A stretch of 64,000 bases of DNA from Thermodesulfobacteriota bacterium (GTDB lineage Bacteria > Desulfobacterota > Binatia > Bin18): NCBI GenBank assembly GCA_964291405.2, contig OZ219926.1, positions 96,001-160,000 on the forward strand. Direction: 5' to 3'. Below, piece by piece: positions 32,641 to 41,227 of this stretch. A model generated the notes under the pieces. It did not search any database and was not told the origin of the DNA. It was given only the letters and a program-made list of their open reading frames with translations. Numbering within the stretch: the stretch's first letter is position 1; each line of letters opens with the position of its first letter. The position numbers were made by a program, and so were the translations under genes.

Positions 32641-33000
32641 GTGGCAGAAGACGCGCACAAACCAGCGCCCAGTCGGGATGTCGAAAATACCATCGAGGAC
32701 CTGACAAAAGAGCTGTCTCGCTTAATTAACGAAGCTGGGACGGACGGACGTGAAGAATTGCGTGACTATGCAGTAAGCCTGCTGCAGGGTGAAACGGAAA
32801 CAACACAAACGGAAGAGCCTGTGGGAGAAGATTCGGCTCAGCCGTCTTCTCCTTTTAGCCCAGTTGCTTTGAGCATTCCATTTCTTCTTATTGGTATCAT
32901 TCTCCTGCCGCTCTTTGCCCCGGTAGGGTTGATGATGCTGTTGTTGGCGGTGATCATGGGGGTAGGGGGCTGGCTCGCTCTCATGTTCAGAAGAAAGTAA
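32641..33000 (+). CDS. Hypothetical membrane protein
   Basis: Acidic helical N-terminus and two C-terminal TM helices; directly upstream of the Rieske gene. Confidence 0.65.
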   Translation: MAEDAHKPAPSRDVENTIEDLTKELSRLINEAGTDGREELRDYAVSLLQGETETTQTEEPVGEDSAQPSSPFSPVALSIPFLLIGIILLPLFAPVGLMMLLLAVIMGVGGWLALMFRRK

Positions 33001-33039
33001 CGCAAACGGTATAATCATTATCACCAAGGAGTAAGCTCC

Positions 33040-33642
33040 ATGGCAAAAAAACCAACTGCTCCTGAAGAAGTCCAGGCATACGAAGAGCGTCGTCGTGTTG
33101 AGCAACGGGCTGAGCGTGAGAAACGACTCCGTGAACGCGCGCAAAGAGGCGGCCTGTGGTCGCGGCGTGATTTTTTTGGCCGGCTCAGCTGGGGCGGTTT
33201 CGGACTGGTTTCGCTCGTGAGTCTGCTCGCCTTTGTCCGCTCTGCCTTTCCCCGGGTGCTCTTCGTTCCGCCGTCAACCTTCAAGGCTGGTTTCCCAGGG
33301 GACTACCCGGTTGGCGAGGTGAGCGAGAAATACCGCTCAGACCAACGCACCTGGATCGTCCGAGAACCACAGGGATTCTACGCGATCTTTGCCAATTGTA
33401 CCCACCTAGGATGTACTCCGCGCTGGTCGTCGTCGGAGAATAAATATAAATGTCCCTGTCACGGCAGCGGGTATTACCGGACTGGATACAATTTTGAAGG
33501 TCCAGCGCCCAGACCAATGGATCGCTTTCAGTTGTCGTTGGCTGACGATGGGCAGCTGCTAGTTGACAAGAGCAAAATTTTTAAAATGCAGCCCGGCGTT
33601 GACCCCAATAAGCAACATCCGGACAGTATCTTGCGTATCTAG
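33040..33642 (+). CDS. Rieske 2Fe-2S subunit of a bc/b6f-type complex
   Basis: Tat-like SRRDFF plus TM helix; CTHLGC, CPCHGS, GPAPRP. Confidence 0.95.
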   Translation: MAKKPTAPEEVQAYEERRRVEQRAEREKRLRERAQRGGLWSRRDFFGRLSWGGFGLVSLVSLLAFVRSAFPRVLFVPPSTFKAGFPGDYPVGEVSEKYRSDQRTWIVREPQGFYAIFANCTHLGCTPRWSSSENKYKCPCHGSGYYRTGYNFEGPAPRPMDRFQLSLADDGQLLVDKSKIFKMQPGVDPNKQHPDSILRI

Positions 33643-33681
33643 CCGTCAGGGGAAGAGCGAGTGTAAAGGCAAGGAAACAGT

Positions 33682-34455
33682 ATGAGCAGCCAATTTGATG
33701 AACTCAAGCGCCAGGTGATGGAGTCGCAGGCTTGGCAGTCCATTTTCCGCCACGGCTACGAAGATACCCCGCGCAACCGTATCCTGATGGTCTCGGGCAA
33801 TGTCTGGCTCCATCTCCACCCTTCGAAAGTCCGCAAGCACGCCACGCGCTTACGTTTCACCTGGTGTATGGGCGGCATTACCTTTCTGATGTATTTGGTC
33901 ACGGTGGTCACCGGCGTATATCTTATGTTTTACTACCGTCCGGTAGCGGAATATGCCTACGCCGACATTAAATATCTCGAATTTGATATGCCCTTTGGCA
34001 TGTTGATGCGCAACATGCACCGCTGGGCCGCCCATGGCATGGTGATTGCCGTCTGGCTGCATATGTTTCGCGTCTTTATGACAGGCTCGTATAAACCACC
34101 ACGCGAATTTAATTGGGTCGTTGGTGTCCTGCTCTTAGTCTTGACCTTGCTTCTTTCGTTTACCGGATACCTCCTGCCGTGGGATCAGCTTGCTATCTGG
34201 GCCGTTTCGGTCGGGTCGAACATGGGCCGGGCAACCCCGTTGTTGGGATATGAAGGGCCTTTCAACGAGGTGCTCGGGGTGAATCCGATTTACGACGCCC
34301 GTGCTTTTCTCTTTGGCGGCGGGGAGATTGGGGCACATACTTTACTCCGTTTCTATATTTTGCACTGTATCTTTATTCCATTGGTAACGAGCTTATTTCT
34401 GGCGGTTCATTTTTGGCGTATCCGGCGCGATGGGTTTTCAGGACCAGCCCTATAG
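33682..34455 (+). CDS. Cytochrome b6-like subunit (N-terminal part of split cytochrome b)
   Basis: WCMGG (heme ci Cys), RNMHRW, LHMFR, PREFNW, GYLLPWDQ, LH…VH. Confidence 0.95.
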   Translation: MSSQFDELKRQVMESQAWQSIFRHGYEDTPRNRILMVSGNVWLHLHPSKVRKHATRLRFTWCMGGITFLMYLVTVVTGVYLMFYYRPVAEYAYADIKYLEFDMPFGMLMRNMHRWAAHGMVIAVWLHMFRVFMTGSYKPPREFNWVVGVLLLVLTLLLSFTGYLLPWDQLAIWAVSVGSNMGRATPLLGYEGPFNEVLGVNPIYDARAFLFGGGEIGAHTLLRFYILHCIFIPLVTSLFLAVHFWRIRRDGFSGPAL

Positions 34456-34467
34456 CAGAGGTTCATT

Positions 34468-34563
34468 ATGCGCGTGCTTGTCATTCCTATTTTAATGGGG
34501 GTCGTGTGCTGGCTGCTGTACATAGTGGCGAAACCCAAAGCATCTTCTTCGGAAGACCAGTAA
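34468..34563 (+). CDS. Small single-TM protein, 31 aa (not in ORF track)
   Basis: GAGG RBS; MRVLVIPILMGVVCWLLYIVAKPKASSSEDQ; fills the gap between cyt b6 and subunit IV. Confidence 0.6.
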   Translation: MRVLVIPILMGVVCWLLYIVAKPKASSSEDQ

Positions 34564-34579
34564 GATAAAGGAAGCTGTT

Positions 34580-35377
34580 ATGGCGGAAATGGCCTCAGCT
34601 GCCCCGCGAGTCGAAGTCACGCTCAAGAAGGCGACCGGCCCTGGAGACGATAAAGTCCATACCTGGCCGAGTCTGGTCCGAGCGGAATTCCTCTGCACCC
34701 TGTTTACGATTATCTTCCTGCTCTTATGGTCGCTGCTGGTCGATGCGCCGCTTGAAGAGCCGGCCGACCCTGGGCGTACGCCAAACCCGTCCAAAGCGCC
34801 CTGGTATTTCCTCGGACTGCAAGAAATATTGGTCTTTTTCGACCCCTGGCATGCCGGAGTAGTGGCGCCCACCTTTATTATTATGGGACTGATGGTCATT
34901 CCCTACATCGATATTAATCCCAAGGGAAACGGCTATTACACCTTTAAAGAACGGAAGTACGAAATCCTGACCTTTATCTTTGGCTTCCATGTACTGTGGA
35001 TTTCAACCATTATTATCGGAACCTTTGTCAGAGGACCGGGCTGGAACTGGTTTTGGCCCTGGGAGGTGTGGGACGCCCATCTGGTTGAAGCCTTGACCAA
35101 CCAGGATCTGCCCTACCTGGTTGGCATTCGGGACTACTGGACCGCCGCCGCCTTCGGCCTGTCGCTCATCATTGGTTTCTTTGTGCTGGGTACCGCTGCC
35201 ATGTATTGGTGGGTGGTGTGGCTCAAGGGGCACGAATTCATGCAGCGTTGGGGTGCGGCTCGATTTTTCTTAACGTCATTTCTCACGCTGAATATGATTG
35301 CCGTAGTGATTAAGATGTTGCTGCGTCATATACTGAATGTAAAATATATTTTAGTCACGCCATGGATTAATGTCTGA
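34580..35377 (+). CDS. Cytochrome b C-terminal/subunit IV-like protein
   Basis: TWP…, PLEEPADPGRTPNPSKAPWYFLGLQE, PYID; extra C-terminal TM helices. Confidence 0.9.
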   Translation: MAEMASAAPRVEVTLKKATGPGDDKVHTWPSLVRAEFLCTLFTIIFLLLWSLLVDAPLEEPADPGRTPNPSKAPWYFLGLQEILVFFDPWHAGVVAPTFIIMGLMVIPYIDINPKGNGYYTFKERKYEILTFIFGFHVLWISTIIIGTFVRGPGWNWFWPWEVWDAHLVEALTNQDLPYLVGIRDYWTAAAFGLSLIIGFFVLGTAAMYWWVVWLKGHEFMQRWGAARFFLTSFLTLNMIAVVIKMLLRHILNVKYILVTPWINV

Positions 35378-35431
35378 AAAGAGGAAACGTATCCAACATC
35401 TAGTATCTATAGGAGGACACGTTTACTCTTT
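35378..35431. repeat. Dispersed palindromic element, copy 4
   Basis: AAAGAGGAAACGTATCC-AACATCTAGTATCTATAGGA-GGACACGTTTACTCTTT; fills the whole gap between a stop and the next ATG. Confidence 0.85.
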
Positions 35432-35608
35432 ATGATGTTCTATCTGGCAAAAATTCTTCAGGCACTTGGGATTGCAGACGTTGGATACGCTTTATTCGTT
35501 GGTCTGACTGAAGAAAAGAGTATGAGTAAGGAGTTATGGCTCCTTGGGATTGGGGTAGTGGTATTTTATCTCGGTCGCTTCCTTGAGACGCGAGCAACCG
35601 GCTCATAG
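35432..35608 (+). CDS. Small two-TM protein, 58 aa (not in ORF track)
   Basis: MMFYLAKILQALGIADVGYALFVGLTEEKSMSKELWLLGIGVVVFYLGRFLETRATGS; ends 9 nt before the cytochrome c gene. Confidence 0.7.
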   Translation: MMFYLAKILQALGIADVGYALFVGLTEEKSMSKELWLLGIGVVVFYLGRFLETRATGS

Positions 35609-35617
35609 TGGATTATT

Positions 35618-38317
35618 ATGGCACGTAGAGAAGTTGACGACGAAAAGAAATCGTATAGTGGAGTATTTCTCTTCGCAGTAGGGCTGCTGCTAATCGGGTC
35701 GGTCTGGTCGGTCTGGGACGATGCGGTTTCGCGCCGTCCCTGGAAGAAATATCAGGCCGAATTCTCGATGCTTGCCTACAACCAAACCCTGACGGAAATC
35801 CAGGCCGAAGAAGAGCGCCTGGCCGCAGACTCGGCCTACCAAGAGGTTATGACGGCATTAGGGTCGGCCCAGGCCGATATCGCGGGCGGGGAAGGGGGGC
35901 AGCGTCTCGCCACGCTGCAAACCGAACTGGCGGCCGCCGAAATTCGGACGAGTGACGCGGAGAATGCCTTACGTATCGTCCGCAGCGAGATCGAGGCTGC
36001 CTGGTATGAATACGACCACGCAATTCAGTTAGAACACTCGACGAAAGACGAGAAAGCCCGTCTTGATGCGCTTCTGGCCGAGGCGAACGAGCGTGAGAAA
36101 GTCTTTCTGGCCGAGCAATCGGAGCGGGACCGGATTGAAAACGAAATCAATGAGATCAACGCGCGTGTTATTGAAGCCCAAGACACACTGCGCAAAATGA
36201 ACCAGCAAAAGGATTTCCTGACTCAACGGCTCGACAATTACGTCATGCAGCCGCTCCCAGGGCTTGTCCTGCCCATGATTCCCGCCATTACGCAGGTGGT
36301 CGTGCCGGCATTCGACCAGGGCAATTTTGATACCCCCTTGGCGCGCGTTGACCGCTGTCAGTCCTGCCATGTCGGTATTGACAAGCGGGGATTTGAAGAC
36401 CAGCCGAATCCGCACAAAACCCATCCGCAGTATGACCTCTTGATGACGAATCATCCTCCGGAATCGTTTGGCTGCACCTCATGTCATAATGGCCAGGGAG
36501 TGGCAACCAGTAGCGTGGATATTGCCCACGGCTATGTACAATTCTGGGAGCATCCGCTGCTGCTCGGTCCAAAAATGGAAGCCAACTGTCTAAGTTGTCA
36601 CACCGATATGCAGACGGTGGCAACGCGGAATGTCACAGTTGGCCAGCATATCGCTCGTGGTGAAAAGCTTTTTATGCAGCTTGGCTGTACCGGCTGTCAT
36701 TTGGTCGAAGGGTATGGCGAGGTCAAGAAAATAGGCCCTTATCTGCGGCGGGTCGCTGCCAAGTCCGACCCGGCCTGGATGGTGGAATGGGTCACCAATC
36801 CGCATGAGTTTCGACCACATACCCGTATGCCGCACTTCTTCTTTACCGAGGATCAAGGCCGGGCGGTGACGGCCTACCTGATGAAGGCTAGCATGGAGGA
36901 GGGGCAGGCCTGGTTGGAATCTCATCCTGAGCCGGAAGGGATTGATTCCACGAATGCCGAACTCGTCCAAAAAGGCGAACATCTCGTCAACTCCCTTGGC
37001 TGTCGAGCCTGCCACGGCTTCGGCCCCGAACAGACCGCGACCATGGTCGGACAGGACAAAAATCATGCCCCGAATTTAGGCCGGATTGCAGAGAAGACGA
37101 ACGCGCGCTGGCTCTATCACTGGATCAAAAATCCGCGTGACTACTCACCAGATACGGCCATGCCGGACCTGCGTCTGAGTGATGAGGAAGCGCGGGCCAT
37201 TGTGTCCTATCTCTTGACCCTCAAGACAGAGATTGAGCGGCCGGACATTCGAGCCGAGTTGGAGGACCCGGACTTGGTTCTCGAAGGGGCAGGTCTGGTG
37301 AGAAAATATGGTTGCCATGGCTGCCACGACATCCCGGGTATGGAAAGAGAGGCTCGGACTGGGGTCGAGTTGACCTCATTTGGAGAGAAGAGTCTGGAAG
37401 AACTCTTCTTTGGGAACCGGACCGATGTCCCGCATACCTGGGAAGATTGGACGTATGAAAAGGTTAATGTCCCGCGGGGCTATGCCACGGAACGTATTGA
37501 GCAGCTCATGCCGTCGTTCAACCTCTCGGATGAGGATATTCTGGCTGTCCGCGTCTTTTTGAAGAGCCAGACCGGACACCATGTGCCTGAGCAATTCACC
37601 GCGCACGGTGACTGGACCGACACCATTGTCAAAGGGCAGCGGCTGGTCCAGTACTACAATTGTACCGGTTGTCATGTCATCGAAGGCGGCGGCGGAGATA
37701 TTCGCTCGCTCTATTTGGATAATCCATCCTTTGCCCCGCCCATTCTGACCGGACAGGGGAAAAAGGTGCAGCCCGACTGGTTTTACGGCTTTCTCAAACA
37801 GCCTATTCCCATCCGTCCCTGGCTTGAACTGCGGATGCCGACCTTTCATTTCGCCAATGACGAGGCTAGTGGTATCGTAGATTATTTCAACGCCTTGAGT
37901 AAGCTGGAGATTCCGTACAATTATTTTGACCGCTCACGCACCTCGCCGGAAATGGTTCATGCGGGTGAGGTCTTAATGTCAGAGGATTATTTTGCGTGTT
38001 TTTCGTGCCACCAGCAGGGCGACCAGAAGCCGGAAGGCCCGCCGGCTGGCTGGGCACCGGACTTGGCCTTGGCCAAAGAGCGCCTGAATCCAGAGTGGAT
38101 TGTCGAGTGGATTCAAGATCCCCAGACCCTCATGCCGGGGACGAATATGCCGACCTTTTACCCCGGTGGGCCGGATGATATCTTTGCCGGCGATGAGGAC
38201 AAGCAAATTGTAGCCATGCGGGATTATATTATGCTGCTTGGCATCGACGATCCGTTTGCCAGTATGAATGGGAATGGGTCGAGTGGAACGGAAGCAATAG
38301 AAGAATTTCAGTTTTGA
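35618..38317 (+). CDS. Membrane-anchored octaheme cytochrome c
   Basis: 8 CxxCH motifs (CQSCH, CTSCH, CLSCH, CTGCH, CRACH, CHGCH, CTGCH, CFSCH); N-terminal TM helix and coiled coil. Confidence 0.93.
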   Translation: MARREVDDEKKSYSGVFLFAVGLLLIGSVWSVWDDAVSRRPWKKYQAEFSMLAYNQTLTEIQAEEERLAADSAYQEVMTALGSAQADIAGGEGGQRLATLQTELAAAEIRTSDAENALRIVRSEIEAAWYEYDHAIQLEHSTKDEKARLDALLAEANEREKVFLAEQSERDRIENEINEINARVIEAQDTLRKMNQQKDFLTQRLDNYVMQPLPGLVLPMIPAITQVVVPAFDQGNFDTPLARVDRCQSCHVGIDKRGFEDQPNPHKTHPQYDLLMTNHPPESFGCTSCHNGQGVATSSVDIAHGYVQFWEHPLLLGPKMEANCLSCHTDMQTVATRNVTVGQHIARGEKLFMQLGCTGCHLVEGYGEVKKIGPYLRRVAAKSDPAWMVEWVTNPHEFRPHTRMPHFFFTEDQGRAVTAYLMKASMEEGQAWLESHPEPEGIDSTNAELVQKGEHLVNSLGCRACHGFGPEQTATMVGQDKNHAPNLGRIAEKTNARWLYHWIKNPRDYSPDTAMPDLRLSDEEARAIVSYLLTLKTEIERPDIRAELEDPDLVLEGAGLVRKYGCHGCHDIPGMEREARTGVELTSFGEKSLEELFFGNRTDVPHTWEDWTYEKVNVPRGYATERIEQLMPSFNLSDEDILAVRVFLKSQTGHHVPEQFTAHGDWTDTIVKGQRLVQYYNCTGCHVIEGGGGDIRSLYLDNPSFAPPILTGQGKKVQPDWFYGFLKQPIPIRPWLELRMPTFHFANDEASGIVDYFNALSKLEIPYNYFDRSRTSPEMVHAGEVLMSEDYFACFSCHQQGDQKPEGPPAGWAPDLALAKERLNPEWIVEWIQDPQTLMPGTNMPTFYPGGPDDIFAGDEDKQIVAMRDYIMLLGIDDPFASMNGNGSSGTEAIEEFQF

Positions 38318-38329
38318 AGAGGAGGAAGC

Positions 38330-39052
38330 ATGCGTATTATGAATAGCAAGACGGTTATTTCCCTGGTTGTAGGAGCAAGTCTCTCGCTCGCTTCTGTGGC
38401 TCTTGGCTACGACGCGGGTGCGGTCAGCAATGGTGGAAGCATTAGCGGTACCATTACGTTTGCCGGCGATGCGCCTGAGGCCGCGCTTATTGAAGTAACC
38501 AAAGATACAAAAGTCTGCGCGCAGACGGAGAAGTATGACGAGAGTCTCGTGGTTGGTGAGAACAAGGGAATCAAGAACGCAGTGATCTCAATCGCCAGTA
38601 TTTCCAGCGGGAAAGATTTTGGCGAGGCCATGGTCTTAGATCAAAAAGAATGTGTCTATACCCCGCATATCGTGCTCACGCCGGCTGGATCGGAACTCGA
38701 GATTCTCAATAACGACGGTATCCTGCACAACATTCATACCTATAGCGAGGCGAACCCGGCCTTTAATCAGGCGCAGCCAAAGTTCAAGAAAAAACTGAAA
38801 AAGAAATTCGACCAGCCTGAGGTCGTTCGAGTAGAGTGCGATGCTCATGGCTGGATGAGGGGCTGGATCGTTGTCATGGAACATCCCTACTACGCGGTCA
38901 CTGACGGGGAGGGGAAGTTTAGCCTGAGCGATGTGCCGGCTGGCGAATACGAGGTGAAGATCTGGCATGAGACCTTGGGCGAAACCATGCAGAACGTCAC
39001 AGTGGAAGCTGGTGGCGACGCGAGTCTCGCGGTAGAGTTATCGCAGTCATGA
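38330..39052 (+). CDS. Secreted carboxypeptidase-regulatory-like/cupredoxin-like protein
   Basis: Signal peptide; LDQKECVYTPH, LHNIH, CDAHGWM, VPAGEYEVKIWHE. Confidence 0.8.
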   Translation: MRIMNSKTVISLVVGASLSLASVALGYDAGAVSNGGSISGTITFAGDAPEAALIEVTKDTKVCAQTEKYDESLVVGENKGIKNAVISIASISSGKDFGEAMVLDQKECVYTPHIVLTPAGSELEILNNDGILHNIHTYSEANPAFNQAQPKFKKKLKKKFDQPEVVRVECDAHGWMRGWIVVMEHPYYAVTDGEGKFSLSDVPAGEYEVKIWHETLGETMQNVTVEAGGDASLAVELSQS

Positions 39053-39054
39053 GT

Positions 39055-39208
39055 CGCTAGCGCAGTTTCCTCCGTGGTGTAGCGCGGTGCTCTCCAGAGT
39101 TCCGTCGGGTGCATCCCATGCACCATCTTTCCCCGGTGCGCAGGGCGCACCCGACGTATCAGGCAACGCGCGGATGGACGCTATACTAATGTGAATTTTG
39201 CTCTAGCG
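39055..39208. repeat. Nested inverted-repeat element (MITE-like ends around an inverted REP-like doublet)
   Basis: Imperfect ~30-bp outer arms; inner GTCG-GGTGCAT-CCC-ATGCACC (39104-39124) and inverted GTCG-GGTGCGC-CCT-GCGCACC (39135-39155). Confidence 0.65.
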
Positions 39209-39223
39209 TTTTAGAAGAGTAAC

Positions 39224-39251
39224 AAAGGAGCCTTTAATAGGCTCCTTTTTT
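39224..39251 (+). terminator. Intrinsic terminator of the respiratory operon
   Basis: AAAGGAGCCT-TTAAT-AGGCTCC followed by a T-run. Confidence 0.8.
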
Positions 39252-39286
39252 GTTGTTGATGATTTTGGATTTACACATACAAAATT

Positions 39287-39306
39287 ATATTGACTATAGT
39301 CAATAT
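39287..39306. promoter_or_regulatory. Perfect 20-bp palindrome, putative operator 1
   Basis: ATATTGACTATAGTCAATAT. Confidence 0.65.
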
Positions 39307-39399
39307 CCGTAATCCCAAATAATAGACCAACCCAATTAATAAATCTTTTTAAGGATAGTCCGGGCTAACTCTTAGATGGATGATTCGGAATAACTGTTT

Positions 39400-39416
39400 T
39401 TGACTATAGTCAATAT
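39400..39416. promoter_or_regulatory. Putative operator 2, with the same 14-bp core
   Basis: TTGACTATAGTCAATAT, 110 bp from the first copy. Confidence 0.65.
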
Positions 39417-39563
39417 TTTTCTTTTTAGGAACCTATAGCCTAGTTGTCTTGAAAGGATAGACGTAAAGACTTAGTCCCTTCAAGAGAAAATGGGCGGGTA
39501 GAGAGGATAGTTACACTTGCCGGGTCGAACGGAAGCATAGAAAACCCTCAACCGGTCCCTGTT

Positions 39564-39620
39564 CTATTCAACCCATTCATAGGAGGGGCTGTGGATGATA
39601 GAGAAAATATCGTAGTCCAT
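39564..39620 (-). CDS. Candidate 18-aa peptide MDYDIFSIIHSPSYEWVE
   Basis: Preceded by GGAGGAGG in a leader nearly identical to that of the DUF151 gene. Confidence 0.3.
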   Translation of the reverse strand: MDYDIFSIIHSPSYEWVE

Positions 39621-39646
39621 TCCTCCTCCGTTTGCGTGAGGTCACA
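39615..39646. repeat. 32-bp direct repeat of 41107-41138 (30/32 identical)
   Basis: GTCCATTCCTCCTCC[G/A]TTTGCGTGAG[G/A]TCACA. Confidence 0.9.
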
Positions 39647-39907
39647 GCACCAAGACGGTCTTGGCTTTCATTCGTTGCGGGTCTCTCGTAACCCAGTCGT
39701 ACGGCAGATTAGCATTATTGCGCGTCGCCCAGCGCTGGCCGGGATTTCGAATGATGCAATGATACGACGCTTTCGGTATTCCTGACAAGGTGAGTTGGCA
39801 GCGCCTGATACCCGTGAACACCGCTTCTTCACACCAAGATATTCTTAGGCTGGTTTATAATTTTACAAAATATATATTATCAGACATAAAATATATAATA
39901 TAAAAAC

Positions 39908-40564
39908 TCACTTGTCCGTCTTGGCACGAACTATGTCAGCAAGTGGGGAGTCGGGAAATTGCTCTAACAAATCAAAATACGCCTGGGGCACTATGTCCTC
40001 CCCTTGTCGCTCTAAGGCTTCTCCCAGGGCCAGCAACGCTTCACTCTTGCCTGGCCCATCCAGTCTGGAAGCTTCACCATACCATTGGGCCGCGGCAGCG
40101 AACTCCTCAGCTTCTTCCGCACCTTGACCCAAACGGAGGAGCGCAATTTGTTTCAAATACGGCCCAGCATCATGAAACGTGGCGACTCGCTCGTAGGCAG
40201 CCTTCGCCGCCACCAGCTGATTGCTCTTCTCAAACATTTCCCCTAAGTGCAAAGCGGCGACCCCCCTACTCTCGCCGTCAAGCACCTCCGCCGCCTGGGT
40301 GAGTTCGGCAATCGCCACATCATACTCTTCCGATTCGATGGCGAGGAGTCCGGCGCGAAAATGTTCCAGTCCCTGACTATGACGATACTGTGCCCAAGCT
40401 GCCCAGGAAATGCCGGATATGGCGCATACGCCGACGACGATACCCCCAAGGACAATCTGCTGTTTGTAGTACGTGATGGCGTCCAACCGCTGTCGGAGCC
40501 ATTCAATCAGTCGTGCCGATGGGTATGAAGATGGAGACAGTTCTTGCTTACGACTGCGCGCCAT
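39908..40564 (-). CDS. Membrane-anchored TPR protein (YfgM-like)
   Basis: One N-terminal TM helix then TPR-like helices (ALHLG…A…YE, ALLRLG…A…Y); ends FPDSPLA. Confidence 0.75.
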   Translation of the reverse strand: MARSRKQELSPSSYPSARLIEWLRQRLDAITYYKQQIVLGGIVVGVCAISGISWAAWAQYRHSQGLEHFRAGLLAIESEEYDVAIAELTQAAEVLDGESRGVAALHLGEMFEKSNQLVAAKAAYERVATFHDAGPYLKQIALLRLGQGAEEAEEFAAAAQWYGEASRLDGPGKSEALLALGEALERQGEDIVPQAYFDLLEQFPDSPLADIVRAKTDK

Positions 40565-40593
40565 GGACCGTACCGAGTTGTCGCTGGAAGAGA

Positions 40594-41112
40594 CTACATC
40601 TTGTACTTAAAGTCGTCGGGAGACATCTTCTCCAGGATCTCTGCCCATTTATCCCGAGAGACACTCGACAAATCGGCTTCTTCCTCACTGTCTTCCATCT
40701 GTTGGAGCACACTCGACGACTCAAGCACCTGGGTCGCAACAAAGATGGGACATTTCGTTCGCAGCGCAAGCGAAATAGCATCGCTCGGCCGGGAGTCAAC
40801 CGAAATGTCTCGTTCTCCAACTTTGAGGCGGATGGCGGCATAATACGTGTTGTCCTGGAGACTCGTCACCTCAATAGCCTCAACCCTGCCTCCGACTTCT
40901 TTGATCATATTGTGGAGCAGGTCATGGGTCATGGGACGCGCCATTTTGATCCCCTCCAGCTCGGTCGCCATTGAGGTCGCTTCCATCAAGCCAATCCAAA
41001 TCGGCAGGTTGAGCTTGTTCTCTGCATCTTTCAGGATGACGATGGGGGTCTTGGTCACCGGGTCGAGCGTCAACCCGCCGACTTTCATTTCAATAAAACC
41101 CTCGCGGTCCAT
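40594..41112 (-). CDS. Bifunctional nuclease (DUF151) family protein
   Basis: LPIWIG…EA, RPMTHDL, DSRPSDAISLALR. Confidence 0.95.
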   Translation of the reverse strand: MDREGFIEMKVGGLTLDPVTKTPIVILKDAENKLNLPIWIGLMEATSMATELEGIKMARPMTHDLLHNMIKEVGGRVEAIEVTSLQDNTYYAAIRLKVGERDISVDSRPSDAISLALRTKCPIFVATQVLESSSVLQQMEDSEEEADLSSVSRDKWAEILEKMSPDDFKYKM

Positions 41113-41175
41113 TCCTCCTCCATTTGCGTGAGATCACAAAAAGGATAGCACCTTCAAGAGAACATGCCTACCGCA

Positions 41176-41227
41176 AAGAGTAAACGTGTCCAGCATATTA
41201 TGTCTAGTGGAGGACACATTTGCTCTT
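41176..41227. repeat. Dispersed palindromic element, copy 5
   Basis: AAGAGTAAACGTGTCC-AGCATATTATGTCTAGTGGA-GGACACATTTGCTCTT; abuts the VWA gene stop codon. Confidence 0.85.

Noticed and set aside
39055-39208. Calling this 6S RNA
   Set aside because: The rod-with-bubble shape fits, but it starts 2 nt after a stop codon, lacks zapA/ygfA synteny, and the core is better explained as a REP doublet. Left for an Rfam test.
39591-39785. 64-aa plus-strand ORF with AGGAGG upstream
   Set aside because: No recognisable protein features and Arg/Ser-rich composition typical of non-coding frames; not excluded, but not called.
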